Shown in pieces: positions 37,765 through 47,435 of a stretch of DNA of 64,000 bases. The translations under genes and the position numbers were made by a program. Source of the DNA: Candidatus Gorgyraea atricola (lineage in GTDB: Bacteria > Omnitrophota > Gorgyraeia > Gorgyraeales > Gorgyraeaceae); NCBI GenBank assembly GCA_030765235.1, contig JAVCCW010000018.1, positions 25,465 to 89,464 of the forward strand, in the 5' to 3' direction. Position 1 is the stretch's first letter. Every line of letters begins with the position of its first letter. The notes under the pieces were generated by a model, which was given only the letters and a program-made list of their open reading frames with translations, ran no database searches and was not told where the DNA came from.

Positions 37765-37989
37765 AAAAGCTAAAAGCAGACCTGTGCGCTCAGGTGAAAA
37801 TTTCCCCCTTGCGGGGTCGTCTTTTATTTTGCATTTTGGTGGGGCCGAAAAAACTTACCCGACACCATAGGTGTCGGGGTCGAACAGTTTTCGACCTTTT
37901 TGTCTCATAAAATGTGACGGAATAAACCACCAAAACACAAAATAAAAGACTAAATTTTCAATTCGCTCCCAGGTCTGCTTTTAGCTTTT
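37765..37989. mobile_element. MITE-like element copy 1 (225 bp) with perfect 20-bp terminal inverted repeats AAAAGCTAAAAGCAGACCTG
   Basis: aaaagctaaaagcagacctg...caggtctgcttttagctttt; the interior holds several hairpins and no ORF. Confidence 0.75.
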
Positions 37990-38072
37990 AAGATTCCCTG
38001 TTTAAAAAATCTGTGCTTGCAATCTGATTAAATCTAACCTGGTTAGAAATGTCAAGAAATCTTAAAAATTTT

Positions 38073-38435
38073 TTAATTTTTAAAAAGCAAAGAGACTAAA
38101 GATGATAATGAAAATAGTGTTATCGCCGTACTGAAAGTCAAATGCCACGATATGTTTAAATTCTTGCTATTTTGTGTCGAAGTATCGCTGATTTGTTTTT
38201 GTTCAACATGATAAGCTTGCGCTGTGCCGCTACCACTAGAATTAACACGAATATCATTATCTTTCCATATACTTTTTGGGCCTGTCATGCTTTGAGATGT
38301 TTGGATTGTAATCATCAATTTTGAGATAGAAAATCGAAGATAGAGTAGAGAGAGAACAACAAATATAGCCATAATTACTGTAATTATTTTTCGATTTTTC
38401 ACATTTTTCTCCTTTTTTATTTTCTCAGCTAACAA
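38073..38435 (-). CDS. AT-rich hypothetical small membrane protein, 120 aa
   Basis: Two hydrophobic segments; low GC; sits between the two MITE copies. Confidence 0.45.
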   Translation of the reverse strand: MLAEKIKKEKNVKNRKIITVIMAIFVVLSLLYLRFSISKLMITIQTSQSMTGPKSIWKDNDIRVNSSGSGTAQAYHVEQKQISDTSTQNSKNLNISWHLTFSTAITLFSLSSLVSLLFKN

Positions 38436-38578
38436 TTAATAGGCGAATCTACTATTCTTTGCTATTAGTAGCAGCTTAGAACGTCTTATTCTATAGCCGA
38501 GCATACTGTCTATCGCGACTTATATAGTATTATGTTACCACTTAAAGCAAGAGAAGACAATTGTTTAAATTGCACGAT

Positions 38579-38850
38579 AAAAGCTAAAAGGAAGACCTGG
38601 TAGCGAATTTGAAAATTTAGTCTTTTATGTAGCATTTTGGCGGTTTCTATGGCTCATTATATGAGCCCAAAAGGCCGAAAACTGTTCGACACCCACACCT
38701 ATGGTGTGGGTGAAGTTTTTTCGGTCCCGCCAAAATGCGGAATAAAAGACGACCTGTTTCCGAGCGGAGTCCCGCCCTTTCGTAGAAAGGGCGGGGCGAA
38801 GCGAGGAGGGAAATTTTCATCTGAGCGAACAGGTCTTCCTTTTAGCTTTT
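38579..38850. mobile_element. MITE-like element copy 2 (272 bp), inverted orientation, diverged, with a ~50-bp internal insertion
   Basis: aaaagctaaaaggaagacctg...caggtcttccttttagctttt; the interior is homologous to copy 1 (shared ccgaaaaaactt...caccataggtg...cgaacagttttcg). Flanked by cacgat/atcgtg. Confidence 0.75.
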
Positions 38851-38892
38851 ATCGTGTATGGCGCTACATTTTAGTGTAGGATTAGACAGAAA

Positions 38893-38921
38893 AAGGCCTC
38901 GCGAGTGGGCGAGGCCTTTTG
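38893..38921 (-). terminator. Rho-independent terminator-like hairpin downstream of the lipoprotein gene
   Basis: ggcctcgcgagtgggcgaggcc followed by a T-run on the minus strand. Confidence 0.6.
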
Positions 38922-38953
38922 GATTCCCGCTTGCGCGGGAATGACATTTCTGG

Positions 38954-39256
38954 TTACTTCTGCTTGACCTTTAGCTCCGTGCCGCAGGTTGGGCAATATT
39001 GGACGCCTGAGGTATGGTCTGATCCGCATTCAGGGCAGAATTTTGTGTCCATTGCATCGCCTATTAAGGCGCCGCCTGCTGCTCCTGCTGCTCCGCCTAT
39101 TAGAGCGCCTTCAGCAGTATGGCCTGACTGGTGGCCTATGATCGCGCCTGCTCCTGCTCCGATCAAGGTGCCCATGCCAGCGCCCTTTTGCGTACCTGTG
39201 CAACCAACAACAAAGGCCAACATAATTACTAATGCTACTACAGTGTATTTTTTCAT
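38954..39256 (-). CDS. Lipoprotein with glycine-zipper segment and C-terminal zinc-ribbon (CPECG...CPTCG)
   Basis: Lipobox LAFVVGC; GAGAGAIIG...GGAAGAAGGALIG; C-terminal CxxC-x13-CxxC. Confidence 0.65.
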   Translation of the reverse strand: MKKYTVVALVIMLAFVVGCTGTQKGAGMGTLIGAGAGAIIGHQSGHTAEGALIGGAAGAAGGALIGDAMDTKFCPECGSDHTSGVQYCPTCGTELKVKQK

Positions 39257-39312
39257 ATCTACATCCTCCCTCTATTTCAATTATAGCATTGTATCCAATA
39301 AAAACAAGAGCG

Positions 39313-39855
39313 CTACTTAATTAATCTGATCCTAGTTGGTGGCCAGTAGATCAGGAAGGCCTTGCCCTTGACATATTTTTTCGGCAAAAATCCCCAGTAC
39401 CTCGAGTCCCTGCTCGAGATGCTATTATCTCCGAGCACATAATAGTCATTGTCTGGTATTTCTAAAACCTGATCTTTTTCGCCGTAATCGCCCCTATTGT
39501 AATAATACCTCTCCTTTATGATAGAGCTCGCGTCAACAGCCTTATTACCAATAAGAATCGTGCCATTTGATATTTCTAGACTCTCCCCAGGTAGCCCCAC
39601 AAGCCTCTTTATAAAATCCTTTTTCTTGTCCTCAGGCGAGACAAACACGATCACATCGCCCCTCTCTGGTTTTTTGAATTTGTATATAAATTTACTCACC
39701 ATGATCCTATCGCCTTCCATTAAAGTAGGCCTCATAGAACCAGTGGGTATCTTAAATGCCTGCACAATAAATGTCCTGATTATAAGCGCCAATATTACAG
39801 CTATAATTATCGGCTCGACCCACTCCTTCATGAAATAACGTAGTTTGGGATTCAT
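39313..39855 (-). CDS. lepB: Signal peptidase I
   Basis: IPTGSMRPTL with catalytic Ser; GDNS box. Confidence 0.9.
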   Translation of the reverse strand: MNPKLRYFMKEWVEPIIIAVILALIIRTFIVQAFKIPTGSMRPTLMEGDRIMVSKFIYKFKKPERGDVIVFVSPEDKKKDFIKRLVGLPGESLEISNGTILIGNKAVDASSIIKERYYYNRGDYGEKDQVLEIPDNDYYVLGDNSISSRDSRYWGFLPKKYVKGKAFLIYWPPTRIRLIK

Positions 39856-39871
39856 ATAGTCTCCAGTCTCG

Positions 39872-39920
39872 AGCCGAGGTCCAGCCTCGGCTTTTGAAAA
39901 AGCCGAGGCTGGACCTCGGC
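39872..39920. repeat. Palindrome family H copy 1 (CCGAGGTCCAGCCTCGGCTTTTGAAAAAGCCGAGGCTGGACCTCGG, nested hairpins)
   Basis: Perfect palindrome directly downstream of the lepA stop. Confidence 0.85.
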
Positions 39921-39924
39921 AATA

Positions 39925-41718
39925 TTATATCTTAAGCGCTGCCAGAAATGCCTCTTGTGGTATTTGTATTCTGCCGAATTGCTTCATTCGTTTTTTTCCT
40001 GCTTTTTGCTTCTCCCAGAGTTTTCGTTTTCTGGTAATGTCCCCGCCGTAGCATTTGCTGGTTACGTTTTTTCCTACAGGCGCCACCCTTGACCGCGCAA
40101 GGATCTTACTGCCTATGGCAGCCTGTATGATCACCTCAAAGAGCTGGCGAGGGATCAGTTCTTTTAACTTCTCAGCAAGGGCCCTGCCTTTAAACTGCGC
40201 CTTTTCTCTGTGCGCAATAGAGGAAAGCGCCTCGCATATCTGACTATTTATCAATATATCAAGCTTGACCAGATCACTTGACCTGTAGCCTATTACTTCA
40301 TAGTCCAGGGAACCATAGCCTTTTGTCATTGACTTTATCTTGTCATAAAAATCCACTATGAGCTCAGCCAATGGCATTTCAAAGACGAGTTTTATCTTAT
40401 CGTGAGAAATATACTCTGTGGATTTATACTCACCTCTTTTTGTCTTACAAAAATCAATGACTATGCTCAGGCTTTCCTGCGGTATCATGATGTATGTCCT
40501 TGCGTATGGCTCAAATGTCTCAAGTATATCCTGCGGATCAGGGAGCCTGCTTGGATTATCCACCTCGATTAATTTCTGCTTATTATCCTTGATCTTATAT
40601 ACGACGCTTGGTGTTGTAAGTACGAGATCGAGATCGTATTCTCTCTCAAGGCGTTCCTGCACTATCTCCATGTGAAGAAGCCCTAAGAAACCGCACCTGA
40701 ACCCAAATCCAAGTGACTGCGAGCTCTCAGCTTCGTAAATAAAAGAGGAGTCGCTCAGCTTTAATTTATCAACAGCTTTTTTCAATGCGTCAAAGTCCTT
40801 TGCGTTCACAGGATAGATCCCGCAAAAGACCATTGACTTTAACTGTTTGTAACCTGGCAATGTCTCTTTCGCAGGATGGCTTGCATCTGTGACTGTGTCA
40901 CCATTGGTTACCTCTTTGGCCTCTTTGATCTGGCAAGTAACATACCCTACCTCTCCGCAGGAAAGCGACTCAACAGGTTCCATTTTTGGACGAAATATAC
41001 CAAGTTCCTGCACCTCGTATTTCTTACCTGAGGACATCATGGTTACGTGCATACCTTTTTGCAATGCTCCGTTTACCACCCTTACGTAAATGATAACGCC
41101 TCTATAGACATCGTACTTTGAATCAAATATCAATGCCTGGAGCAGTTCTTTTTTCTTCCCCCCTGGAGGAGGTACGTCTTTTACTATGCGCTCGAGTATT
41201 TCTTCTGTGCCTATGCCTTCCTTTGCGCTTGCCATTATAACTGTATCTTCCTCTAATTTCAATATGCTCTTCATCTCCTCTTTTACTCTGTCTGGCTCAG
41301 CGTTCTGAAGGTCGATTTTATTTATAACAGGTATGATCTTTAACTCCTTATCAAGCGCCTGCTGAAGATTCGCTACTGTCTGGGCCTCTACGCCTTGCGC
41401 AGCGTCCACCAGAAGCAACGCGCCTTCGCATGCTGACAGGGACTTTGAGACTTCGTAGCTAAAATCCACGTGGCCAGGCGTATCAATGAGGTTTAATTCG
41501 TATACATTACCATCCTTGGCCTTATAGGACATGCGCACAGCACTAGCCTTGATCGTGATCCCGCGCTCCCTCTCCAGATCCATGTCGTCGAGGATCTGCG
41601 CCCTGAACTGCCGCTCATCCACTGTATGCGTGAACTGCAGCAGCCGGTCCGCAAGCGTAGACTTACCATGATCTATATGCGCAATTATGCAAAAATTTCT
41701 GATTTTAGATATATTCAT
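39925..41718 (-). CDS. lepA: Translation elongation factor 4
   Basis: IRNFCIIAHIDHGKSTLADR...; 597 aa. Confidence 0.95.
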   Translation of the reverse strand: MNISKIRNFCIIAHIDHGKSTLADRLLQFTHTVDERQFRAQILDDMDLERERGITIKASAVRMSYKAKDGNVYELNLIDTPGHVDFSYEVSKSLSACEGALLLVDAAQGVEAQTVANLQQALDKELKIIPVINKIDLQNAEPDRVKEEMKSILKLEEDTVIMASAKEGIGTEEILERIVKDVPPPGGKKKELLQALIFDSKYDVYRGVIIYVRVVNGALQKGMHVTMMSSGKKYEVQELGIFRPKMEPVESLSCGEVGYVTCQIKEAKEVTNGDTVTDASHPAKETLPGYKQLKSMVFCGIYPVNAKDFDALKKAVDKLKLSDSSFIYEAESSQSLGFGFRCGFLGLLHMEIVQERLEREYDLDLVLTTPSVVYKIKDNKQKLIEVDNPSRLPDPQDILETFEPYARTYIMIPQESLSIVIDFCKTKRGEYKSTEYISHDKIKLVFEMPLAELIVDFYDKIKSMTKGYGSLDYEVIGYRSSDLVKLDILINSQICEALSSIAHREKAQFKGRALAEKLKELIPRQLFEVIIQAAIGSKILARSRVAPVGKNVTSKCYGGDITRKRKLWEKQKAGKKRMKQFGRIQIPQEAFLAALKI

Positions 41719-41722
41719 AATA

Positions 41723-41766
41723 CCGAGGTCCAGCCTCGGCTTTTGAAAAAGCCGAGGCTGGACCTC
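41723..41766. repeat. Palindrome family H copy 2
   Basis: ccgaggtccagcctcggcttttgaaaaagccgaggctggacctc. Confidence 0.85.
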
Positions 41767-43171
41767 AAACTTGCGCTGCGATTTTTTTGCCGAATTCCAG
41801 GTAATCCTTGGCCATCTTGTTGCTTGGCGCTTCTGCGTAGATCCTGAGAATAGGCTCTGTTCCAGAAAGTCTCAGCATAAGCCAGCTGTCATCCTCCACG
41901 ATAAATTTGTAACCATCACATGTCTTTGTCTCTTTTACAGGCCTTTCCAGGATTTTTTTGAGAGGCGTGGTTTTTAAGAATTCCATCAGTTTTTTCTTTT
42001 TGTCGTCGGGATAATCCATGATATCTATCCTTGTATAACAAAAACTTCCGTATTCCTTTTCCACATCAGCCAGTATTTCCAGTATGCCTTTTTTCCTGTG
42101 TGCCATCATTTCGATAAGCAATATCCCTAAAAGCATCCCGTCTCTCTCAGGTATGTAACCCTTGACCCCTATTCCTCCTGATTCTTCTCCTCCTATAAGG
42201 ATATCTTCATCGAGCATAAGCCTGCATATATACTTAAAACCCACAGGTGTCTCGTATAGTTTCAGATTATATTTTTTTGCAATGCGTTCTATAAGAGTGG
42301 TGTTGGAAACTGTCTTGACTACTCCGCCGCTCCATTTTTTATCCTCTACAAAATGAAGTAAGAGCAGCGCCATTATCTGGCCGGCATTCATGTATCCGCC
42401 TTTTGGCACAACTGCCGCGATCCTGTCCGCGTCGCCGTCATTTACTATCGCGATATCAAACTTGCCTTTTTTCATTTCCTTAAACACTGCCTCTAAATTT
42501 TTAGGGATAGGTTCAGGGTTTATGCCGCCGAAAAGTGGGTCACGGCCTGTTCTCATCTGAGTGACCTGAATGCCTGTATCTTTCAGGATTTCCTTTATAT
42601 AACCATCCCCGACCCCATGCATGCAGTCTACCAGGACATTGAGCTTTGCTTTCTTCAGGGCCTTCCCATCTATATAAGATTTTACAAATTTCATATAGTC
42701 TGGTTTTAGATCCACCATCTTCACTGCCCCTGAAGCAACAGCCTCTTTTAAAGGTGTGCTTTTTATCTCGTTCTTCCCAAGAAAAGATTCAACAGATTTA
42801 GTTATGCCCTCGTCCGCGGTGCTTGCGTAATGCGCCTTTATTTTTATACCGTTATAAGAAGGTGGGTTGTGGCTGGCGGTGATCATCACTCCACCTGCTA
42901 ATTTTTTATTTTTTATCGCAAGGCTTACAAATGGTGTAGGAACTGCCTTGTCTGAAAGCAACACCTTTATGCCATTAGCTGCGAGCACACATGCGACCAG
43001 CTCAGCATATTTCTCGGACAGAAACCTCCAGTCATAGCCTATGACCATTGTTGCGCCATTACCCTTGAAATGATCTGCGATGGCCTGCGAGACTATCTCT
43101 ACATTCTCAAAAGTAAAATCCTCTGATATTATCGCTCTCCATCCATCGGTGCCAAACTTAATCGCCATCAC
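41765..43171 (-). CDS. Phosphoglucomutase/phosphomannomutase family protein
   Basis: TASHNPPSYNGIKI active-site Ser loop. Confidence 0.88.
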   Translation of the reverse strand: MMAIKFGTDGWRAIISEDFTFENVEIVSQAIADHFKGNGATMVIGYDWRFLSEKYAELVACVLAANGIKVLLSDKAVPTPFVSLAIKNKKLAGGVMITASHNPPSYNGIKIKAHYASTADEGITKSVESFLGKNEIKSTPLKEAVASGAVKMVDLKPDYMKFVKSYIDGKALKKAKLNVLVDCMHGVGDGYIKEILKDTGIQVTQMRTGRDPLFGGINPEPIPKNLEAVFKEMKKGKFDIAIVNDGDADRIAAVVPKGGYMNAGQIMALLLLHFVEDKKWSGGVVKTVSNTTLIERIAKKYNLKLYETPVGFKYICRLMLDEDILIGGEESGGIGVKGYIPERDGMLLGILLIEMMAHRKKGILEILADVEKEYGSFCYTRIDIMDYPDDKKKKLMEFLKTTPLKKILERPVKETKTCDGYKFIVEDDSWLMLRLSGTEPILRIYAEAPSNKMAKDYLEFGKKIAAQV

Positions 43172-43881
43172 TTTCCTCCGTGTAATTTTCTCACTGCCTC
43201 TTTAGCATCTTTTGCTCCAAAGAAATAAGAGCCGGCTACAATCACATTTGCACCAGCGTCTAAAACTAACTTAACATTTTTATCATTTATCCCACCGTCG
43301 ACCTCTATATCTCCAGCATATAGTTTTCGAGCCTGTTTTATTTTTGGTATTACTGAATCAATAAATTTCTGCCCTCCGAACCCAGGATGAACTGACATTA
43401 GAAGAATCATGTCGACTTCACCCAGTACGCCTTCTATGCAGAAGGACGAATCAGGATTAAGCGACAACCCTGCCTTTTTGCCAAGAGACTTTATCTCGCT
43501 CAGGACCTTTTTAACACGCACTTCATCTATCTTATCCACAGACCTCGAAGTCTCCACCCTTGTCGCTTGTTGCTTGTCGCTTGTCCCTAACGTATAAGTC
43601 TCCGCATGCACAGTGATGATATCGCTTCCGGCATCTGCAAATGCCTTCAAAAGCTTATGCGGCTGGTCGATCATGAGATGAACATCTAGAGGCAATTTAG
43701 TACATCTCTTCACTGCCTCTACAATAAGCGGCCCTATAGTAATGTTAGGCACGAAACGCCCGTCCATTACATCAACGTGTATCAAGTCTGCTCCGGCATC
43801 TTCGATCCTTTTTATCTCATCGCTCAGCCTTGCAAAATCAGCCGACAATATGCTCGGCGCTACCAATATCTTTTTCATCAT
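43168..43881 (-). CDS. rpe: Ribulose-phosphate 3-epimerase (with an inserted heptamer-repeat-encoded loop)
   Basis: LVAPSILSADFARL...HVDVMDGRFVPN. The extra segment LGTSDKQQATRVETS is encoded by (CTTGTCN)x4 at 43551-43580. Confidence 0.9.
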   Translation of the reverse strand: MMKKILVAPSILSADFARLSDEIKRIEDAGADLIHVDVMDGRFVPNITIGPLIVEAVKRCTKLPLDVHLMIDQPHKLLKAFADAGSDIITVHAETYTLGTSDKQQATRVETSRSVDKIDEVRVKKVLSEIKSLGKKAGLSLNPDSSFCIEGVLGEVDMILLMSVHPGFGGQKFIDSVIPKIKQARKLYAGDIEVDGGINDKNVKLVLDAGANVIVAGSYFFGAKDAKEAVRKLHGGK

Positions 43882-45149
43882 AGCTCCTTCAATTCCCCTT
43901 CAAGACCTTTTCTCTCTTTATCATCTATAGGGCCGACAACTGCCAGATTCAACCCCTCATTATTGAATATATCCTTTGCAACCCGCAATAGATCCGCAGA
44001 CGATATCGCGGTTACCTTCCTGATGATATCGTCTTTATCAGGAAGTTTGTCCAGCGCCGTTACATTATCTCCCAGCCAGAGCATACGCTCCATCGTGTCT
44101 TCAAGGGCAAGCAGCAACTGCACCTTAAAAAATTCCTTGGCCCTTTTTAATTCATTGGCGCTGACGCCGCTGGTCTTGATCTTCCTCAATTCCTTTATTA
44201 TAAGTCCGAGCGCTTTCTTGAGCTTGGTATGCTCTATGCCTGCATTTACAATAAATCCGCCTGTCTCATAATGCCGCTTTACCTCTGTGCCTATCTCATA
44301 AGCAAGCCCTTTTTGCTCTCTTACTTTTTCAAATAATCTTGACGACATGTTTGCGCCCAGGATTATATGCAGGAGGCTCAAGACGAACTTATCTTTATGC
44401 GTCCTTCCGAATGCATGCAGGCCCATTGAGATGCGCGTCTGCGCTGTTTGTTTATAAAATATCTTTAGCTGCGGAGCAGTCTGTTTATTTTTGAAGCTGA
44501 CAACAGGACTCGAGGTCTTTTTTGGATCCAAAGGGAATAGTTTTTCTATTTTTTTAACCGGCGGTATTTCTTTTAAATTGCCGCATAAGACCAGGACAAT
44601 ATTTTTTGAAATATACTCTTCATTTTTGTAGTCTACCAGGTCCTGCCGTGTAATGGAATTTACAGATTTGATACTTCCTGCTATAGGGAGGCCCAGAGGA
44701 TGCGAAGGCCACATGATCTCATATAGCGTGTCATGTACCTGGTGATGAGGCAGGTCACGGTACATCTTGATCTCTTCTGTTATAACGCCGCGCTCTCGCT
44801 CGATATCCTGTTTACGCATAGAGGCATTTAGAGCCATATCAGACAATACGTTCAAGGCTATATCTGCGTGCTGGCTGCTCACTTTCGTAAGATAGCATGT
44901 CACTTCTTCAGAAGTAAAACCATTTAACGAGCCGCCGCGTCCTTCTATTTCTTCTTTTATCTGGCGCGAGCCTCTTGTGGGCGTCCCTTTAAACACTATG
45001 TGCTCCAGAAAATGAGATATGCCGCATAGTGATTTTTTTTCATTCCGAGAACCCGCACCAATCCACAGCCCTATCACTGCTGATTCCATGTGGCTCATGT
45101 GATGCAGTACTACACGAAGACCGTTTTTAAGAATGATTTTTTTGTGCAT
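43878..45149 (-). CDS. Peptidase M16 family zinc protease
   Basis: HFLEHIVFKGT. Confidence 0.85.
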   Translation of the reverse strand: MHKKIILKNGLRVVLHHMSHMESAVIGLWIGAGSRNEKKSLCGISHFLEHIVFKGTPTRGSRQIKEEIEGRGGSLNGFTSEEVTCYLTKVSSQHADIALNVLSDMALNASMRKQDIERERGVITEEIKMYRDLPHHQVHDTLYEIMWPSHPLGLPIAGSIKSVNSITRQDLVDYKNEEYISKNIVLVLCGNLKEIPPVKKIEKLFPLDPKKTSSPVVSFKNKQTAPQLKIFYKQTAQTRISMGLHAFGRTHKDKFVLSLLHIILGANMSSRLFEKVREQKGLAYEIGTEVKRHYETGGFIVNAGIEHTKLKKALGLIIKELRKIKTSGVSANELKRAKEFFKVQLLLALEDTMERMLWLGDNVTALDKLPDKDDIIRKVTAISSADLLRVAKDIFNNEGLNLAVVGPIDDKERKGLEGELKEL

Positions 45150-45552
45150 GTAACTCCAGGTATGTTTGTAAAATTAGCTGCGCTGCGATCTTGTCTATAG
45201 AGCGTTTTCGTTTTTTTCTCGAGACATCCGCCTCTAAGAGTATACGCTCGCCCTGCGCAGTGGTAAGCCTTTCGTCTACCACCTCAATACCTACCTCTAT
45301 ATCCTTTTTCATCAGAGAAATAAAATCTTCCATGGACCGGGCACTTGGGCCTTTTGAACCATCCATGTTAAGGGGCATGCCAACAATGATCTTGCCAACA
45401 TCGTGTTGTTTTATCAGCTCTTTGATCTTAGTCAGGGTTTCTTTGTCGTCTGCCCTTTTTATTGTCTCTAATCCCTGCGCAATAAGGTTTAGCGCGTCGC
45501 TCAGCGCAACACCTATCCGCTTTTCCCCTACATCCAGCGCAAGTATCCTCAT
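45127..45552 (-). CDS. ruvX: Holliday junction resolvase-like RuvX/YqgF
   Basis: MRILALDVGEKRIGVALSD. Confidence 0.9.
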   Translation of the reverse strand: MRILALDVGEKRIGVALSDALNLIAQGLETIKRADDKETLTKIKELIKQHDVGKIIVGMPLNMDGSKGPSARSMEDFISLMKKDIEVGIEVVDERLTTAQGERILLEADVSRKKRKRSIDKIAAQLILQTYLELHAQKNHS

Positions 45553-46598
45553 CTGAGCTTTTTAACCAGGGCCTTTACTCTTTGGGCATCATCCTTGTTA
45601 CACACGAGCGTGCCTGATTTGGTCTGCACTATTATGAGGTTATCCACCCCTATTACACCTATTTTATGACCCCGCTCGCCTATTATAGTCGAATTCTTAA
45701 CATCTATAAGCGCTCCTGCAGAAAGCACTATGTTGCCACTGGCATCCCTATCGTATATCTCCTCCACACTGGACCAGGAACCTATGTCTACCCAATCAAA
45801 ATCCCCTTTTACGCAGCATATCTTCTGTGACCTGTTTCTCGCGCTCGGCTCCATTACGCCATAGTCTATGGACATGGGCTTGAGCCTTGCGTATTCGCTC
45901 GCTAGTTTTATAGCATAACCCTTTTTGCCTTTAAATGCTACAGCGTCTTTTAGACTGTAATATAAATTAGGCATAAATCTCTTTAGCGCTGCCAGGATCG
46001 AATCCACTTTCCATACGAATATGCCGCTATTCCACAAAAAATTCGCTTTTTTGTAAAATTTCTCCGCCCTTTTCTTCTGTGGCTTTTCAATGAATCCCTT
46101 TACTACATAATGGCCCCGGATCTTTCTGCCAGTCTTTATATAACCATACCCGATGGACGGATATTTTGGTTTTATACCTATAGTGGCAAGATGCGAATTC
46201 GAACAGGCTAATTTTTCAGCAGACAAGAGATTCTTATGGAATGATTTTGAATTCTTTATTATGTGATCTGCCGGCAGGACTACCATTGACGCGTTGCCAA
46301 ATCTTCTTTCGATTATAAGCGCTGCCAGGCATATGGCCGCGGCAGTATCTTTTCCTTCAGGCTCCAGGATCACATTATCCTTTTTTAATGTCGAGATATA
46401 GGGCCTGAGCACAGTATATTGTTTCTTTGTAGTAATAAGTAATATATTTTCTATTGGCAGGTACTGGCACAGCCTCTTTATAGTCTCCTGGATCATCACG
46501 TTCCTGGTACCAAAGCTAAGCATGTGCTTTGCCTTGCCGCGAGTGCTCTTCGGCCACAACCTCTCGCCCTTACCCCCAGCCATTATTACAGCATACAT
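45549..46598 (-). CDS. Mannose-1-phosphate guanylyltransferase
   Basis: MYAVIMAGGKGERLWP... Confidence 0.85.
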   Translation of the reverse strand: MYAVIMAGGKGERLWPKSTRGKAKHMLSFGTRNVMIQETIKRLCQYLPIENILLITTKKQYTVLRPYISTLKKDNVILEPEGKDTAAAICLAALIIERRFGNASMVVLPADHIIKNSKSFHKNLLSAEKLACSNSHLATIGIKPKYPSIGYGYIKTGRKIRGHYVVKGFIEKPQKKRAEKFYKKANFLWNSGIFVWKVDSILAALKRFMPNLYYSLKDAVAFKGKKGYAIKLASEYARLKPMSIDYGVMEPSARNRSQKICCVKGDFDWVDIGSWSSVEEIYDRDASGNIVLSAGALIDVKNSTIIGERGHKIGVIGVDNLIIVQTKSGTLVCNKDDAQRVKALVKKLR

Positions 46599-47377
46599 GT
46601 AAGCCTCCTAACAAAACTACCTACTTTTTTTATCAAATCTTTTTTGCCTATATTCTTCTCGATCACCTTTATGATAGCGCTCCCGACTATTACGCCATCA
46701 GCTATTTTTGATATTGATTTTACCTGGTCGGGCCTGGAAATGCCAAAGCCCACGCATACAGGCTTCCTGGTCACTCTCTTTATTGCCCTGAGGCTGGCTG
46801 AGAGCTCTTTTGGTAATTCTCTTCTCGCGCCTGTTGTGCCTGTAAGCGAGACATAATAGATAAAGCCGGTTGAGGCGTCTGCGATTTTTTTGAGTCGCTC
46901 TCTTGAGCTTGTGGGTGCTGCAAGATGTATTATTGACAGGTTTTTCTTTTTTGCAATGCGGCGCAGTTCCTGTGACTCTTCAGGCGGCAGGTCTGGGATT
47001 ATTACGCCGTCGACCCCGCATGATTTTGCCTTTTGCACAAACTTTTCCAGGCCATAGTGGTGTATAAGATTATAGTAAGTTAAAAATGCTATTGGAATCT
47101 GCGTTTGTAATCGGACATTTCTAACCAGGTTAGAAACAGAGTTTATGGTTGCTTTGCGCTTTATGGCGCGTTCGGATGAGCGCTGGATAGTAGGGCCATC
47201 TGCAAGCGGATCTGAAAATGGCACGCCTAATTCGATTATATCAGCGCCATTTTTCTCCAATTCAAATATGAGCTTCTTTGTAATAGCCAGCGATGGATCG
47301 CCAGCCATTATAAAGGCCGCAAATGCCTTCTTGCGTTTTTTCTTTAGTTCTTTGAATTTCTTATCTATACGATTCAT
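46586..47377 (-). CDS. trpA: Tryptophan synthase alpha chain
   Basis: FIMAGDPSL...ELGVPFSDPLADGP. Confidence 0.92.
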   Translation of the reverse strand: MNRIDKKFKELKKKRKKAFAAFIMAGDPSLAITKKLIFELEKNGADIIELGVPFSDPLADGPTIQRSSERAIKRKATINSVSNLVRNVRLQTQIPIAFLTYYNLIHHYGLEKFVQKAKSCGVDGVIIPDLPPEESQELRRIAKKKNLSIIHLAAPTSSRERLKKIADASTGFIYYVSLTGTTGARRELPKELSASLRAIKRVTRKPVCVGFGISRPDQVKSISKIADGVIVGSAIIKVIEKNIGKKDLIKKVGSFVRRLTCML

Positions 47378-47391
47378 AATTCTCACAACGT

Positions 47392-47435
47392 CCCTACATT
47401 TGTAGACCAGGTTTAAACCTGGTCTACAAATGTAG
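47392..47435. repeat. Palindrome family G copy 3 (compensatory variant TGTAGACCAGGTTTAAACCTGGTCTACA)
   Basis: cctacatttgtagaccaggtttaaacctggtctacaaatgtagg. Confidence 0.85.

Noticed and set aside
37765-38850. Interpretation of the MITE pair as an IS element with a transposase
   Set aside because: The only enclosed ORF is a 120-aa membrane-like protein with no DDE or HUH features, and no transposase or integrase is recognisable anywhere in the window.
38637-38879. ORF of 80 aa inside MITE copy 2
   Set aside because: It lies entirely within a repeat element with hairpin-rich, non-coding-looking sequence. The homologous copy 1 has no equivalent ORF.
38919-39320. Pro/Ala-rich plus-strand ORF of 133 aa
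   Set aside because: It is antisense to the lipoprotein gene, which has a lipobox, a glycine zipper and a zinc ribbon; the low-complexity translation is typical of an antisense frame.
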